Assembly: GCA_000165425.1 (NCBI GenBank)
Contig: CT868429.1
Span: forward strand, 385,337-449,336
Reading direction: 5' to 3'
Source of the DNA: Paramecium tetraurelia
Lineage: Eukaryota
DNA: 64,000 nucleotides
Below, piece by piece: positions 12,901 to 25,774 of this stretch; positions within the stretch are counted from its first letter, which is position 1; every line of letters starts with the position of its first letter. The position numbers and the translations under genes were made by a program. The notes beneath the pieces are model-generated. The model saw nothing but the letters and a program-made list of their open reading frames with translations, searched no databases and was not told where the DNA came from.

Positions 12901-14812
12901 GTTCTAATAAATGATTATGTACATCTATTAAAAAAGGAGGCATTAAATCATTTATATGCGAAATTAAATGGTAATCATCGTATGAAAAACCAAAGTGCTT
13001 GGCTAATTGCTTTTTATTTGCATTCAAAATCTTGCCTTTGTTCTTGACCATACTGATAGTCAATAAGCACACTTTATCATCGAGGAGACTAGCATTACAT
13101 ATTGTATCAAGAGGGAGGTTACTTTCATTTGCACAAATAGTCACAATTTATTATTCATACACTTGTGCTTGCTCGGTGTTGTTCAATATCAAAGAATATA
13201 ATATAGCCATCAGCTTTAAGTGGATAACATTTTTCTATTCACTCTTCTTCAAGTTTAAACTTTGATGAAAATCCTAAAAGAATTCATTCATTACACTTTA
13301 CAACATTTATCCATAATCGCTCACAACCTAGATGAGTTCTCCTATATTCTCAACACCCTTGATTTATAATTGCCAAATCTTTATTTTTTAATTTAAAAGC
13401 AAAATGTATTTTCTTAGATATTCTTCTTCTAAATGGAAACTTTAAATGATCTCTTTAATTTCTATCTATTAAAACGAGGTTTAATTAGACTTCACAGTTG
13501 AATGAGATTGTTTGTCTTCTATTTTCTCCTTTAATTTCAGTGCGAATTGATTTCTAATGAATTTGTAGTAAATTGAGAAGCGTTTTTTTCTGAATTCAAA
13601 TTTCTTCACTTCAACATATGCCATTAAAGGTTGATTCATAGTGTTAGATAAGAAATTAACATACAAGATCATCAAATTTTCAGATTCTTTTGATTATTTG
13701 TTTTACCTGAATTTGTTTTAAATTAGACATTAAATCAGTTTAGGGATGGAATAATTGTATTCTGTGTTACAAGATTTGCATTGCTAACCATGTCTACTAT
13801 ATATTTGAAATTATTCTATCATCAGCTTTACAGATGTCTTATTAGAGTTCAATCGAAACATTAATTCATAAAGTTCCTCAATTTAAATAATTATGGGATA
13901 TTTATAGGATTAATAAATCAAAATATCTAATCTCTTTCTATGATTGATAATTCTAATGATAACAAAGATGATAGGAATTCCAAATAAAATGTAAAATATT
14001 TGCATTTAATCTTCTTTATTAGGTGAAAATATGTAACAGATTAATTACACAAACGTAGTTAACTTTAGACAACCTATAATAATAGTTAATTATCTATTAA
14101 TTGAGGGTTCAAATGTCGTTTCAATATACAATTCAATTAAACAAACAATAAATACTCCCATTCCTAAACATAGTTTGAGTAGATTAGCAGAATATGATGA
14201 TTCAAATGAAATTATGATCACACATATTTTAAGAACGAATCTTAAAATGGTGAAATATGTAAATTTAGGAAATATTTTAGTATCGGAAATGATATTTTAG
14301 GCTCTTAAAAAGTATACTCTAAAGAATGCAATTATTGAAACAATAATAATAATAAAGATGCAAATAGGTGCAACATATGCAAATTTAAAAGATTGGAAGG
14401 CAACCTTCTTATTACTTTAATTAAGCAATCCAATTAAAAGATATAATTCTGGTATAGCAGTTGTCTATTGGAAGAATATTATTTCATAAAAGATAAGTTT
14501 TAATCCATACTTATTAACTATTTTGTATGTGGAATTTTCAATTGTACAGAATATTGCAAGAGTGACCTCTTTCAGTACTAATAGGATGAGACATAAAAGC
14601 ATTAAAGAAAAATTAGATGAGTAAGGTATGATTAGTATTGATTTTAAGACATTTGTAGTAAATAGTAGAGAAGGTTCTTAAATTTGATCATAAGTTGGTT
14701 GTATGATAGCCAAAACTTAAAGGAATTTAATAGCTATTATAATTGTGGCAAATTTATCTGAAATCTTGAACGGAAGGCTTTAATGTGATAATTTCTAAAT
14801 TAAATTATTCAT
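9956..14812 (-). CDS. Large multi-pass membrane protein with TPR-like and PAS regions (TmcB/TmcC-like family), ~1600 aa
   Basis: N-terminal hydrophobic helices and a PAS-like segment (KGKILNANKKQLAKHFGFS...HINDLMPPFLIDVHNHLLELYL), then further TM helices and the family-type C-terminus FGLSLLPSTILNDPYIMNSIKQLN*. Not every junction was checked. Confidence 0.85.
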
Positions 14813-14926
14813 AATAAATAATTGATCAAAATTAAACAACACCTTTAGTATTAATTTTAGTTGAATTTATTAATTATTGTTAACTACTATTTGATGTATC
14901 AATCATCACCTGAAAAACGGAAATAA

Positions 14927-16049
14927 ATGCAGACTTAAGGAAGAATAATGGAAGATATCACATGCATTATTGATTGCGGGTACGTGGGTTCTCTTTTCCT
15001 GGGAAATATCGAGAGTGCAAGTAACGAGACTTAATAAATAAGATGACATTAGCCTCCTTAAGAAACATAGAATCACAGCTATTTTATCGGTTTGTATCTC
15101 TAAAATACCATACATTGTTAGTTCAAGAATGAAACAATATGAACATTATATTTTGGATGATTGTGAAAATGAGAATATTTATCGATATTTTAATCCATCT
15201 TTTTAATTTATTGAAAAAGCTAGACAATCAGGGAATGTATTAGTTCATTGCATGGCAGGTATATCCAGGAGTGCTTCAATAATTGCTGCTTATTTAATGA
15301 AAAAGCATAATATCACTTTTAAATAGGCCTTGCAACAATTGCAAAGAAAAAGATGGTAAATTTACCCTAATGATGGATTTGTCAAATAACTACTTCAATA
15401 TGAAAAAGAATTAAATAATAAATAAGAAGAACTACCAAGTGACTGGAATGGCAGAAGAGTGTATGAATTTTAACTTTTATTTTTTAAGTAAAACAGATGT
15501 CTCAGATTCCTCAGTTACTAAAACTAATAAGTGTAATGATAGTGAATACTTATCGAATGAGTATTAAAAAATAAGAAAGAAATATATAGATAATGAAAAG
15601 TCATAGGATTTATTGCAGAAATCTAAATAATACACATTATAATAATAAAGGAAAACTAATTTTGATATATTAAATCATGGAATAAATCTTCAGATCAAAA
15701 GATTACAATAGTTTTCTGACGGTAAAACAATGCTGAATTCTATTGAATCTAGATAAGCCACTAATCTTGAGAATTAGTAAAAAAAGAAAGCCTTGGCAGA
15801 TGCGGGTAATCTTTAGAAATATTTATATAAGTCAACATTCAGAATAAGAATTCAGCAGTTAATAGAGGAATTTAGATAGAGACAACCACATAAATACCCA
15901 AAAAACTAGAGTTTTTAAGCAAGTTTTAGTCGGCAACAACAAGAGATTCAACTTCAACTAATGATTATATGTTTCCAAATAGTTCATAGTAAAAATTAGA
16001 TAACCTACTAAATTAATATGGCAAAAAGTCTAAATACTAATACAAATGA
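14927..16049 (+). CDS. Dual-specificity protein phosphatase
   Basis: [10 protein letters not shown], catalytic [36 protein letters not shown]. Tiny introns. Confidence 0.95.
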
Positions 16050-16077
16050 GTATATTAATATAGGAAAATAAAATATA

Positions 16078-17773
16078 TCATTCTTATTCATTAGCATTTT
16101 TGATAAGCATTTCTGTAAATTCTTAAAAATTCACAATCCCATCTCCATTTAGATCTAATTCATTAAAAACATTATTCCATTCACCTTCACTTAATTATGC
16201 TCCTCCCATTATTTCTTATAATTCCTATTTACTGATTGATCCATTTCCATCCTTATCAAAAAGTCTGAATGCTTTTTCTAATTTATTCTAAGCTGTTAAT
16301 TATTCTTTTTTTGCAAAGGCAACTATGAATTCAGTGTAATCAATTTAATTAGATCCATTAACATCTGCTTACTAAAATAGATTTTCAACAATTTCTTAGC
16401 ACTTCATTTCATCATCATATATTTCCCTGTAACATTTAAGTAGTTCTTCTCGACTCAAAGTACCATCTTTATTAACATCAATTTTTTTAAACTAAGTTTA
16501 AATTTTCTTTTTCTCTTGATTGGACATAACTTAAGTTGTAATTAGTTGCATTATAGCTGCTTTCAATTTGCTTTAACTCTTAGATAAATAGTCTAATTTA
16601 CATGAAACTTAGCTAGTTTTTCCAGGGATTTTGAATTAAGTTTTTTATCTTTTTAATTGATAAGCATCCAGTCATGTCTCAAAGCTTCAGAAGCTGATAT
16701 TCTTTTTTCAGGATCGGTTACCAACATTTTCTTAATTAGATTTTTTGCATCTGCAGAAATATCTTCCCATTCAGGTTCTTTTAATGTAATAAATTATGTT
16801 ACCATCAAATGAAAAAATACCACTCTATATTCTTTAATATAATTCTTGTTAATTTTATCCATTAAAAGGTGGATAACCACAAAGCATGATAAATAATATT
16901 ACGCCGCAAGACCATACATCACATTTTTAATCATATCTTTTGTTTATTACCTCTGGGGCAATATAATATGGCTATATATGAGATAGTTTATAATATTACA
17001 GTTCCTATTCTTTAAGATAATTTGCTTTAATCGTCAATTTACTTTGCTGTCCCAAAATCAATAATCTTTAGACTAGAATGTGCCTTCTTAGATTCAAATA
17101 AGATATTTTCAGGCTTAAGATCTCTTGGGATTATAATTGTTAGAATAATACCTATGTACAATATTACGAGTATGACAATAATTTACAGCTTCTAGTATCT
17201 TTCTCATATATCCTGCAGCAATCGTCTCATTGAAATGATCAATCTCATTTATTTTCTCGAATAATTCGCCTCCACTCAAATATCTTAAAATCTATTGAAA
17301 TAATACTGCTTACTCTGTAATAATATAAAAAAAACTTTCATCCTCATACAACTCGTAAATGTTTACAATATTAGGATGATCCAGTTCTTTTAGTATAGAC
17401 ACTTCCTAAATCATGTTATCCTTCCACTCAATTACTATTTTATCCTTCCTGATCTATTTTCATTGCTCTTTAAAGTCCTGTTGCTTTCTAAGTCACCAGA
17501 TTTACTTTCCCATAAGTTCCTTTATAAGACATATATGATTTTAATACCTTCCCCTAAAACCTAATCTATTTTGTAATTTTTCAATAGATCTCCCTTCTTC
17601 AATGTAACAAATATAGATGGATCGACTTTGAAATCTGTTAATTGCTTTACGAACTTAGACTACTTTGAAGATCCTGGGTTCTCGTTATTTGAAGTAGTTC
17701 CAGTCTAATCCTTTGTTTATTCGAGATTTAGTTTAGTGAGTCTCTTATTCCCTTATCCTCCACATATTCCCAT
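16078..17773 (-). CDS. Calcium-dependent protein kinase (kinase plus EF-hands); carries a +1 frameshift in this sequence
   Basis: MGICGG acylation motif, LGEGTYGKV, HRDLKPEN, DFGT, YYIAPEV, DVWSCGV, and EF-hands DVNKDGTLSREE, DVNGSNQIDYTEF, DKDGNGSISKQE, DLNGDGIVNFQEF. Extra A after ATG-AAA at 17457-17460. Confidence 0.93.
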
Positions 17774-18310
17774 TAACAATACCTTGTAAAATTAATTTAT
17801 AATTATATTATTATTCCCGAAGGCTTATTTTTTGCTATACATATCTCAGCTTGTGTTCAATAGCTCTCTTTTTAATAGATGAAGAATAGTAATTTCAATT
17901 AAACTCCCCTTACAATTAAAAGTGTCCCTTTGTGCCGTTTATATTCAAAATATATAGAGATTCTTAAAGATCAAGAAGAGTCGATCATGCAAAGAATCTT
18001 CGGAATCTAACTAGAATACTCTTAAATTTCTATTGCTATAGTAAATCATCAAGAAAATTTAGTACATTTTTGTAACATATTTGATTTATATGTAAAGAAA
18101 TATATAATGCGAAAAAGAAAATAAAAAAATTATAGAATTTTCAAAAAGAAATACTAAGAATTCCTATTATATATTAATCATTTCACTTTTTGAGATTTCA
18201 AGATTTTTTGTGTTTATAAACAAAATTTATAGGTTTATTCATGATTAAGAAATCTATGGAGGCTTCATTAAATTTTATATGCAATTGAAACTTGATCAAA
18301 TTAAAATATA

Positions 18311-19065
18311 TCATTTCTTGACCTTTTTTCGTTTATTTTTTTTTTTTTAATCTTCATCGCTGCTTTCTTCATAATCATCAAAACTGGATTCACTTTCCTC
18401 TTCTGAGCTATAGAGCTACTATTTAGACTGAAACATACCATAAGGTCTTCACTTGTGTCTTACATAGAATCATCAACATCCGCATCATTATCTAAATTTT
18501 ACAATTCAGGTAAATATTAAAAAATAGTTGATTTATAATCTTAAAACTGTTTAACTGGATTAAATGATAGATTTAGGTATTCTAAATTTTTTAATCGTTG
18601 TAAATGCACCAAATCCTAAAATATATTTTATTATTATACTTCTAAATTTGCTATTTAGTTATGCTTCAGATTTAAAGTAAGCAAATTGGGGAAATTCTAT
18701 GCTATAAATTATAGTGAATCTCCTTTCAAACTGTTGTAATCTGCTCTCAAATGTTTAACTTATTTGCCATCAAATTTCAACCCTTCTAGAGAAGAAAGAT
18801 TGCATTAAATAAAGCTTACAGTTGCTTTGAAATTATGCATATTCTTACTTTCTTTCTTGTATTTTTGGAGATACTGATTTATTTCTGGTGAAAATTTTTA
18901 TATTGGAATTTTATAAAAGCTCATTCCAATAAGATTTTCAACATCTTTAGAACCTTTTTATTATTTTTACTTTTAGGCCGTCATCAGCTTGATTAATTGA
19001 GAGGAATCAAACTTTTTCTTTTCTTACTATTTGGCATTATTTTTTCTCTTTTAAATCTATTTCAT
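18311..19065 (-). CDS. ANP32-like leucine-rich-repeat protein with an acidic tail and basic C-terminal NLS
   Basis: CNLSSLEGL, FPNLLTLNLKHNQIANLEDL, LEYLNLSFNPV..DYKSTIFQYLPELQNLD (LRR cap), an acidic stretch, and a KKKNKRKKVKK* end. Confidence 0.8.
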
Positions 19066-19100
19066 TAATATAAAATTTAATTAATTATTATATAATAGAA

Positions 19101-19770
19101 TCAATTATAAAATGAGGATTTCTTTATATGCTACTTAGAGGGTTATCGATAAAATGATTGACTTCGAGGTTTGTCTAGTAGCTGCAGGACTTCTTTCATA
19201 AATAGTTTATTTTATTCATTATATTCTTCTTAAGTTTATTCAATCTTTTTGAATAAATGCACCAATGGTTTTTCTTTTTCAAACTTATATTTAAAATCCT
19301 TTAATTCATAATGTAATCTTTCTGTTTTAATTTTCTCATCTTCGATTTCTGTTTTTAAGTTCTTAATATTGACTTGAGTATTTTGCGAAAGGATCTAGCG
19401 ATATTAAGAAAGTTCATTTTGTTGTTTCATAATCTTAATTATATCGATATCAAATATTTACAATTTGTTATTTTTCTTATAGCATACTCTTTTATTATTC
19501 AAGAGTTTTTTCCATAAATTCAATAGTTGACATCAACTTCGCATTGAGTTTTTTTAGGGACTCAATTTTGTCTTAATACATTTTTTCAATGTCCTGAATT
19601 TCCTTGATTATAGAAATATTTGAATATTGAATAGGATCCTGATTCTCCTTAAAGTTTGAATTAATTCCAGATGACTTCATAAAGGACGGCATCTTGGAAG
19701 GCCTATCAGTGTGGAGATCAAATTAGGAATATGGTTTCTTATGAAATCGTTATTGTTAATTAAAATTCAT
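19101..19770 (-). CDS. Uncharacterised coiled-coil protein
   Basis: ATG at 19770 (MNFNQQQRFHKKPYSQF) with heptad-rich sequence to TGA at 19101. The span is not 3n, implying an intron. Confidence 0.7.
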
Positions 19771-19790
19771 TTTAATATTAAATTAATAAT
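19771..19790. promoter_or_regulatory. 20-nt pure-A/T spacer between divergent start codons (candidate bidirectional promoter core)
   Basis: CAT at 19768-19770, then tttaatattaaattaataat, then ATG at 19791. Confidence 0.5.
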
Positions 19791-21449
19791 ATGAGTTCGC
19801 ATGTTACTAATAATAATTACTAGCACCTCTTAAAAAATGATTCTTAAAGAAGGATTAAGACTCTCAATTCAATCAATGATTCAAATTCGACTAAGATTAA
19901 GAAAGTTATAATTCCAAAAAATATTTGCCTTGACAAAGAGACATTATATGAACAACTTTATCATGAAAAGCTTAGATCAAAAAAATTATCAATTGAAAAT
20001 TAATCATTAATAGGAGCAATTACTTAACTCGAAAATAATATTAATGTTATGAGTTCAAATGATTAAAGAAGAATGCTTTCATAAAGTTTTCTAAAAATAA
20101 AATAACAAGATTAAGAAATTCAAACACTCAAGGAATGTATATAATATAAAGTGCAAGCAGAACTGAAAAGATAAATCTAAGATTTGCAAATTTAACTGCT
20201 CAAATATTAATAATCCTCTAAGTTTGAGGGAGACTAAATTGAATTAATATAAGATAATGTTACTTTATTGCAAAAACTAGAATCTCAAAAACGCTATATT
20301 CTAGATTTAGAGAAAACTCGATCTGAATACATTCTCATTAAAGCCAAATTTAAATAATTATAATCAGTTTTAAAATTAAAAGAATAATAAATTTAAAGAT
20401 TCAGAGATAGAGATCCACTGTCAGAAATGAACCTTTAAAGAAATCCATCAAAAACTGAAAATCTATTGATGAATGAACTTAATGTTAAAAAAGATGAAAT
20501 CTAACTTTTAACATATAAGTTGGATCAAAGTTAAACAATAATTTAAGAAACATAAAATGCTTTAACCCAATTAAATCAAGAATCAATTCATAAAATATCA
20601 AATTTAGAAAATGAAAAAAGGATTTTAATTGAAAGATTCGAAAGACTATAATTAGATTATAATGGCATATTGGAAAAACAAAAATAAATGGATAAGTAAA
20701 TATATCTTAAATAAATTAGGTATTTGTCCTAATTCTAGAAAAAAAAAATACAAACATCCCCTTTTATTTATGGTGAGGATTCACTTTTTCAATCCGCAAC
20801 ATAACTTCCGCTCTCTCCAACAGCAACTCCTAGTGACCAATTAATTGTTAAATAAGTGAGGAAATCGCAAATCGAACAAACAATCCTGGAACTCAAGTTA
20901 ACTTTGAGAAAAAAAAGAGTTTCTTTACAAGATGCTGAAAATGTATAATAAATTTAGAGTTTTTAGATCTTATTTTCAAATGAAAGTGAAATATCTATTA
21001 ATGAAATTGAAAAAAGGCTTAAAGAAGATCCTTTTAATATTTAAAACAGTATTTTATTAGCTAGATACCTAGTTGAGGATAATTCTGAAAAGTATATATT
21101 GATTTATAAATGAAATAGAGAATTCGTTTATGAGCCTGATTTAAAAGCTCCTTAAGCTTAACTTCGGAGCATTTTTAAAAATTTGTTACATAATTATAAA
21201 TTAATTTTCGATGATTCAGTAATTGAAACAGTTAAAACTTTCATAAAGCATCAATTATAGGGATATTGCTAAAAGAAATCACTATCTGTAATAAATTAGG
21301 AGAGCATTTTTGATTTTATGTAATTCACTGAAGTAAAATGGAATGGGCAACATTCTGATTATCTTCAACAAGAGTATTATAATAAGTATAGTAAATTTTA
21401 AGAGTATGAAATTAACAATTTGTAAAAGTTGTTTGAAGATTAGCAATGA
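19791..21449 (+). CDS. Uncharacterised coiled-coil protein with a helical C-terminal domain
   Basis: MSSHVTNN...DKETLYEQLYHEK long coiled coil, and C-terminal ELKLTLRKKRVS...EDPFNIQNSILLARYLVED. Tiny introns; TGA at 21447. Confidence 0.75.
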
Positions 21450-21552
21450 ACAAAATATGAAAGAGTAAATTTATATCAAATTATATATGTGTATTTGATA
21501 TAATCTATAAAAAGAATAAAATATTTAGCTAATATTTCTACAAATTTAATAT

Positions 21553-22095
21553 TCAAAATGAAAGGATCTCAATTAAAATAACGATGAGATTACCTATAAT
21601 AAGGAAGACTATTATATATCAAAGGGATTTATACTTTTCATCGATCTTGCAATCATTAACCAATTGACTATAATTCCTTAAATGTGTTAAGACCCTCCTT
21701 CATGTGCTCTTGTGTAATCAAGTTTATCGAAACCATCTAAAGGATTTTAGATTTAATACATTTCGATAAGACTCGCTTCTCGTTAAGAATGGCAAAACCA
21801 TTACTTATTAAGACTATGGCTTCTAGAAGTGTAATTAAAATATGAAACCAAAGAAACAAGTGGATGCTAAAACAAAATCTTAAATATCAAACAGGATGAA
21901 ATGAATTAGGACTACTCCTAAAGTGATAAGCAAATTAATAAACTGTTTACCAGTTGAAGAAGATGTCACCGTTCTATAAATTGATATTGGAAAGCATTGA
22001 TGACTGTTTAGAATTTAGTGATATAGATAAGTATATTTATTTAAATTCTCCAATATTTATTTAATGAGAGTACATGATTATTTCATTGTGAACAT
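21553..22095 (-). CDS. YOS1: YOS1/IER3IP1-family small ER-Golgi membrane protein (5' end uncertain)
   Basis: After removing two tiny introns: LITLLEAIVLISNGFAILNEKRVLSKYGFDKLD...IQGIIVNWLMIARSMKIFLIIGNLIVILIEILSF*, matching the Yos1 pattern (NaxAiLnEeRfL...lIivN). The start at 22095 is only a candidate. Confidence 0.75.
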
Positions 22096-22341
22096 GGAAA
22101 TCGGATTTGGTATAGAATAAATGAGATATTCATTTTTTATTACTTATTATGTATTTTTTCTGCAATATAAACTTATCAAATTAAATTCATAAACAAAATA
22201 TCTTTCTATATTAAATTTTACATTATCATAGTTGTTTAAAACAGAATTTCTCAGATAAATAAAAGATCTTGTGTTTAAATTGATAAAAAAATAATCATGC
22301 TCAATAGATAAATTAAAAAATTTAAATACCTATGGATAACT

Positions 22342-24373
22342 AGAACGATTAATTTTAGATTAGTTCCAATGAAGCAGTTGAAACCAGAACATAAGACCCT
22401 CAAAATCAGATGAATATTGCCGATTAGTATGAAAAAATACAATATTTAGATTTTAATAAGATACTTACTTGAATTAACATGTGTAAGGAGGAGTTAGAGA
22501 AGTATATATCCCTAAGGAGCCAAAAGCTATGCAGCCAAGTTCTATGACAAATGCTTTGAGAGCAGAACTTAAAGATTAATAGAGGGCATAATTATAAGGC
22601 TCTTATCAATAATATGAAGCATCTCTCTTTGGACAATAAGTCCCTGTTTAATAATAATAATAAATTTAATAATAACAACAATAGTAGTAGTTTATCTAGC
22701 AAATCCCATAAAACTAATAATATCCAAACAATATTAATAGGGTGAACATTTCCAAAAATAATGTCAAATAACAAGTATCTCAATAATAATAATAATAGCA
22801 ATCAAGTTAAGGGCTATTTGGATAAGTTAAGGATTATTTTAGTAATTTATTTGGAGGTGATCCTCAGTATTAATATAAATACGAACCTAAATCATAATAT
22901 GATGATGATGACGATATCTTATAGCAATATTAAAAACAAGGTGGATTGCCAGTGAATATTGAAGATATGATTGAGCTAAAAGTTGAAGCATAATATGATT
23001 ATTGCAAACTAAAAAAGTCAGAAAAATAAATTATACCAGCGATGGTAAGCATCATTACTAAAGATATTGAATAATATGCCAAAAACAATTCTTCAATTGA
23101 GGCAGGCATTGATTTAATATGTGTTATTGATAAAAGTGGAAGTATGAGTGGATAAAAAATTGAAAGTGTCCAATAATCTCTTGTATAATTATTGAATTTC
23201 CTTAGTGAAAAGGATAGATTATGTCTCATAGTATTTGATGGAGGAGCAAAAAGACACACTCCATTAAAGACCTTGACGGAAGGAAATAAAAAATATTTTA
23301 AAGGTGCTATAGCTGCTATATCTGCTGGAGGATCAACTAATATTGCAGCAGGTACTGACATTGCATTTTAGCAAATCCAATAAAGAAAAATGAAGAATTA
23401 AGTCACTTCCATATTTCTATTGTCTGATGGTTAAGACTCTGGAGCAGCTGAGCGTATCCAAAAATAAAAGGATAGGATTAGTGATGTAGTAACTATCCAT
23501 TCATTTGGCTATGGAAATGATCATGATGCTGATTTGATGTCCAAAATTTGCAAAGTAGGACAAGGAAGTTTTTATTATATTGAAAATGTGAAATTGTTAG
23601 ATGAATTCTTTGCAGATGCTTTAGGTAGATTATCTTCAGCTTTGGCAGAGAAGGTTTAAATTGACATTAAATGTGCCCCACAAATACCCTATCAAGATGT
23701 ATAAATCCAAAAAACATATGGTGATATGTGGAAATCATTTGAATAAGGCAGATTCTATTAGATTAATGTTCCTTAGATTGCTTCAGATTCTAGAAAAGAT
23801 TATGTTTTTGAAATCGCACTCCCTCCTTTTACAGACTAAATCCTAGACGAATAAAGAGTTCCTTAAGTTGTTCAAGTTTATTTATAATTCAATAACACAT
23901 TTTCAAAACAAACATACTAAAAGGTTTCATCCTTATAGCTCAAATTATATAATGAAGAGGAATAAATTGGTGAAAATGATCCGAATGCAGATGTCACCAG
24001 AGAATTCTTACGTGTTTAAGCCACAGAAGCCATTGAATAAGCTAGAATGAAATGTGATTAATTCAAAAACGAAGAAGCTGAAGATATGTTAGAAAAAATG
24101 AAGTAAAATATTCTAACTGATTAAAAAATGGCAAAAGTATCTGCTTAAGCCATTCTTGATATTGATTAAGCTAAAAATGCAAGTAAAAGAGCTAATTACT
24201 AAAATTTCGGAAAGAAATAAATGTTTTAGATGGAAGTGAACAATTATTAGTAAGAGGGATTGAATGCCCAATTTGATTAATTAGGTCAATAGATGTAATA
24301 AATTGATCAAGGAATGTTTTAGAATAGAAAACAACTCAAAATGGTGTAGGAAGTGTAGAAAAAGAAATATTGA
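22342..24373 (+). CDS. von Willebrand factor A domain protein with a Gln-rich N-terminus
   Basis: MIDAS motif IDLICVIDKSGSMSG, AGGSTNI, IFLLSDGQD, TIHSFGYGNDHD. Poly-Q N-terminus encoded by TAA runs. Confidence 0.92.
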
Positions 24374-24416
24374 AAATTTATTAAATTATTTTATTAAAAC
24401 TTATTTTATACCATTC

Positions 24417-25726
24417 TCATTATATTTGAACACTTTTAAGTTTGGTTAACAAAGCTGATAATTTTTTATGCAAGTTTTACCAATCATCTTTGGCTAACAA
24501 TTTTTTAAAGTTATCTCTAACATATTATATTTCATTACAAGATGAAAATTCTTTATTAAGATTAATCAATTTAAGCTGAAACATTTTACGATTGAATTGC
24601 ATGAATAACCCAAATCTCCACCTCTTCTAATTTGATCTACAATTAATATATATTCAATTCATACATTCAAAGCATCAGCTATTTCTTAATAGGAGTAACT
24701 CTATTTTTAACTTGATAATTAAATAAATTTGGCAATCCTTGTCTAATTCAAATATTGCTCAACATTTAGATCTAATCTCACTTTATATTCATACTTAATG
24801 ATTTGAAATAACCTTCTTCCTTCACTAAAAAGGCTGATGCTCCTGATAAATCACCTGCAAGCACTAGTTTTATAAGCTAGCCCAATTGTGTTTTTTCAAT
24901 AACCTAAAAATTAGAGCATTAAGTGATTTCACATAATTTTAAGTAGGATTGCTTAACATATTAAAAATGAACTCAGTACATTGATGTTTTAGAAGCTAAT
25001 AAATGTCTTAATGTATTATTCTTAAGAAGTGCTGATGTTTCTCAAAATGTATTCAGAAATTAGTATAACATATTGTTAGCTACAAGTATTAATGATGTTA
25101 TATACTCTTGAGGATCTATCAAATCTGAGATTGCATTTAATATTTTCAAGACTTCAGGGCCACTGAGAGTCCATAAATTCAAGAATTCCTTAAGGTTTGA
25201 AATAATGGGTGATATAATTAGTTACTAAGTATTCCATTTCTTTGCACATTCAAGTAATTTCAAAAACAGATTCTATGACAATGATGATGAACTCAATGCA
25301 TTGAACAATTGTGCTACACTTTTGAATAGTGATGCAGAGTTACATTTTCGTTTTAAAAATGGCTTCTTCATTAATCTATTCGATGTGCTTTAGAAAGAGA
25401 TCAACGATGATTTATTATTCCTTCGACTCAAGTTTAGTCATCCAATATTGAATTGCAGAATAGATTGGTTGTAATACTAAAATATGATTTGCTGAATACA
25501 AGTTTTATCTGATGACAAATTGATAATCTCTAGAGTGGATACTATTAAATCTTTGTATTTCTCTGACTCCAATAATTCATCAAAAACAGCACCGAAATCA
25601 GCAATTTTGTTATGATGACTTGAGTTAAATTTCACAATTGTACTTAGACGAACAATGCTTTTGTAATAATTCCATAGTTTTTTGGCTGCTCAATCCTTAG
25701 CCTAGGTATTGGAAATGTAAAGACAT
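24417..25726 (-). CDS. EIF3M: Translation initiation factor 3 subunit M (PCI domain)
   Basis: C-terminal PCI segment SYQEIADALN..EEVEIWVIHAIQSQNVSAQIDQSQQRI followed by the eIF3m-type KDDWQNLHKKL. Several tiny introns. Confidence 0.78.
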
Positions 25727-25774
25727 GTCAATAATCAATTAATAAATTAATTTTACCACACATAATTACGAAAT

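Noticed and set aside
17879..18193. 104-codon plus-strand open frame (MKNSNFNQTPL...)
   Set aside because: No motif, and with TGA as the only stop such frames arise by chance; may be a remnant.
22999..23361. Minus-strand 120-aa ORF
   Set aside because: Antisense to the vWA domain.
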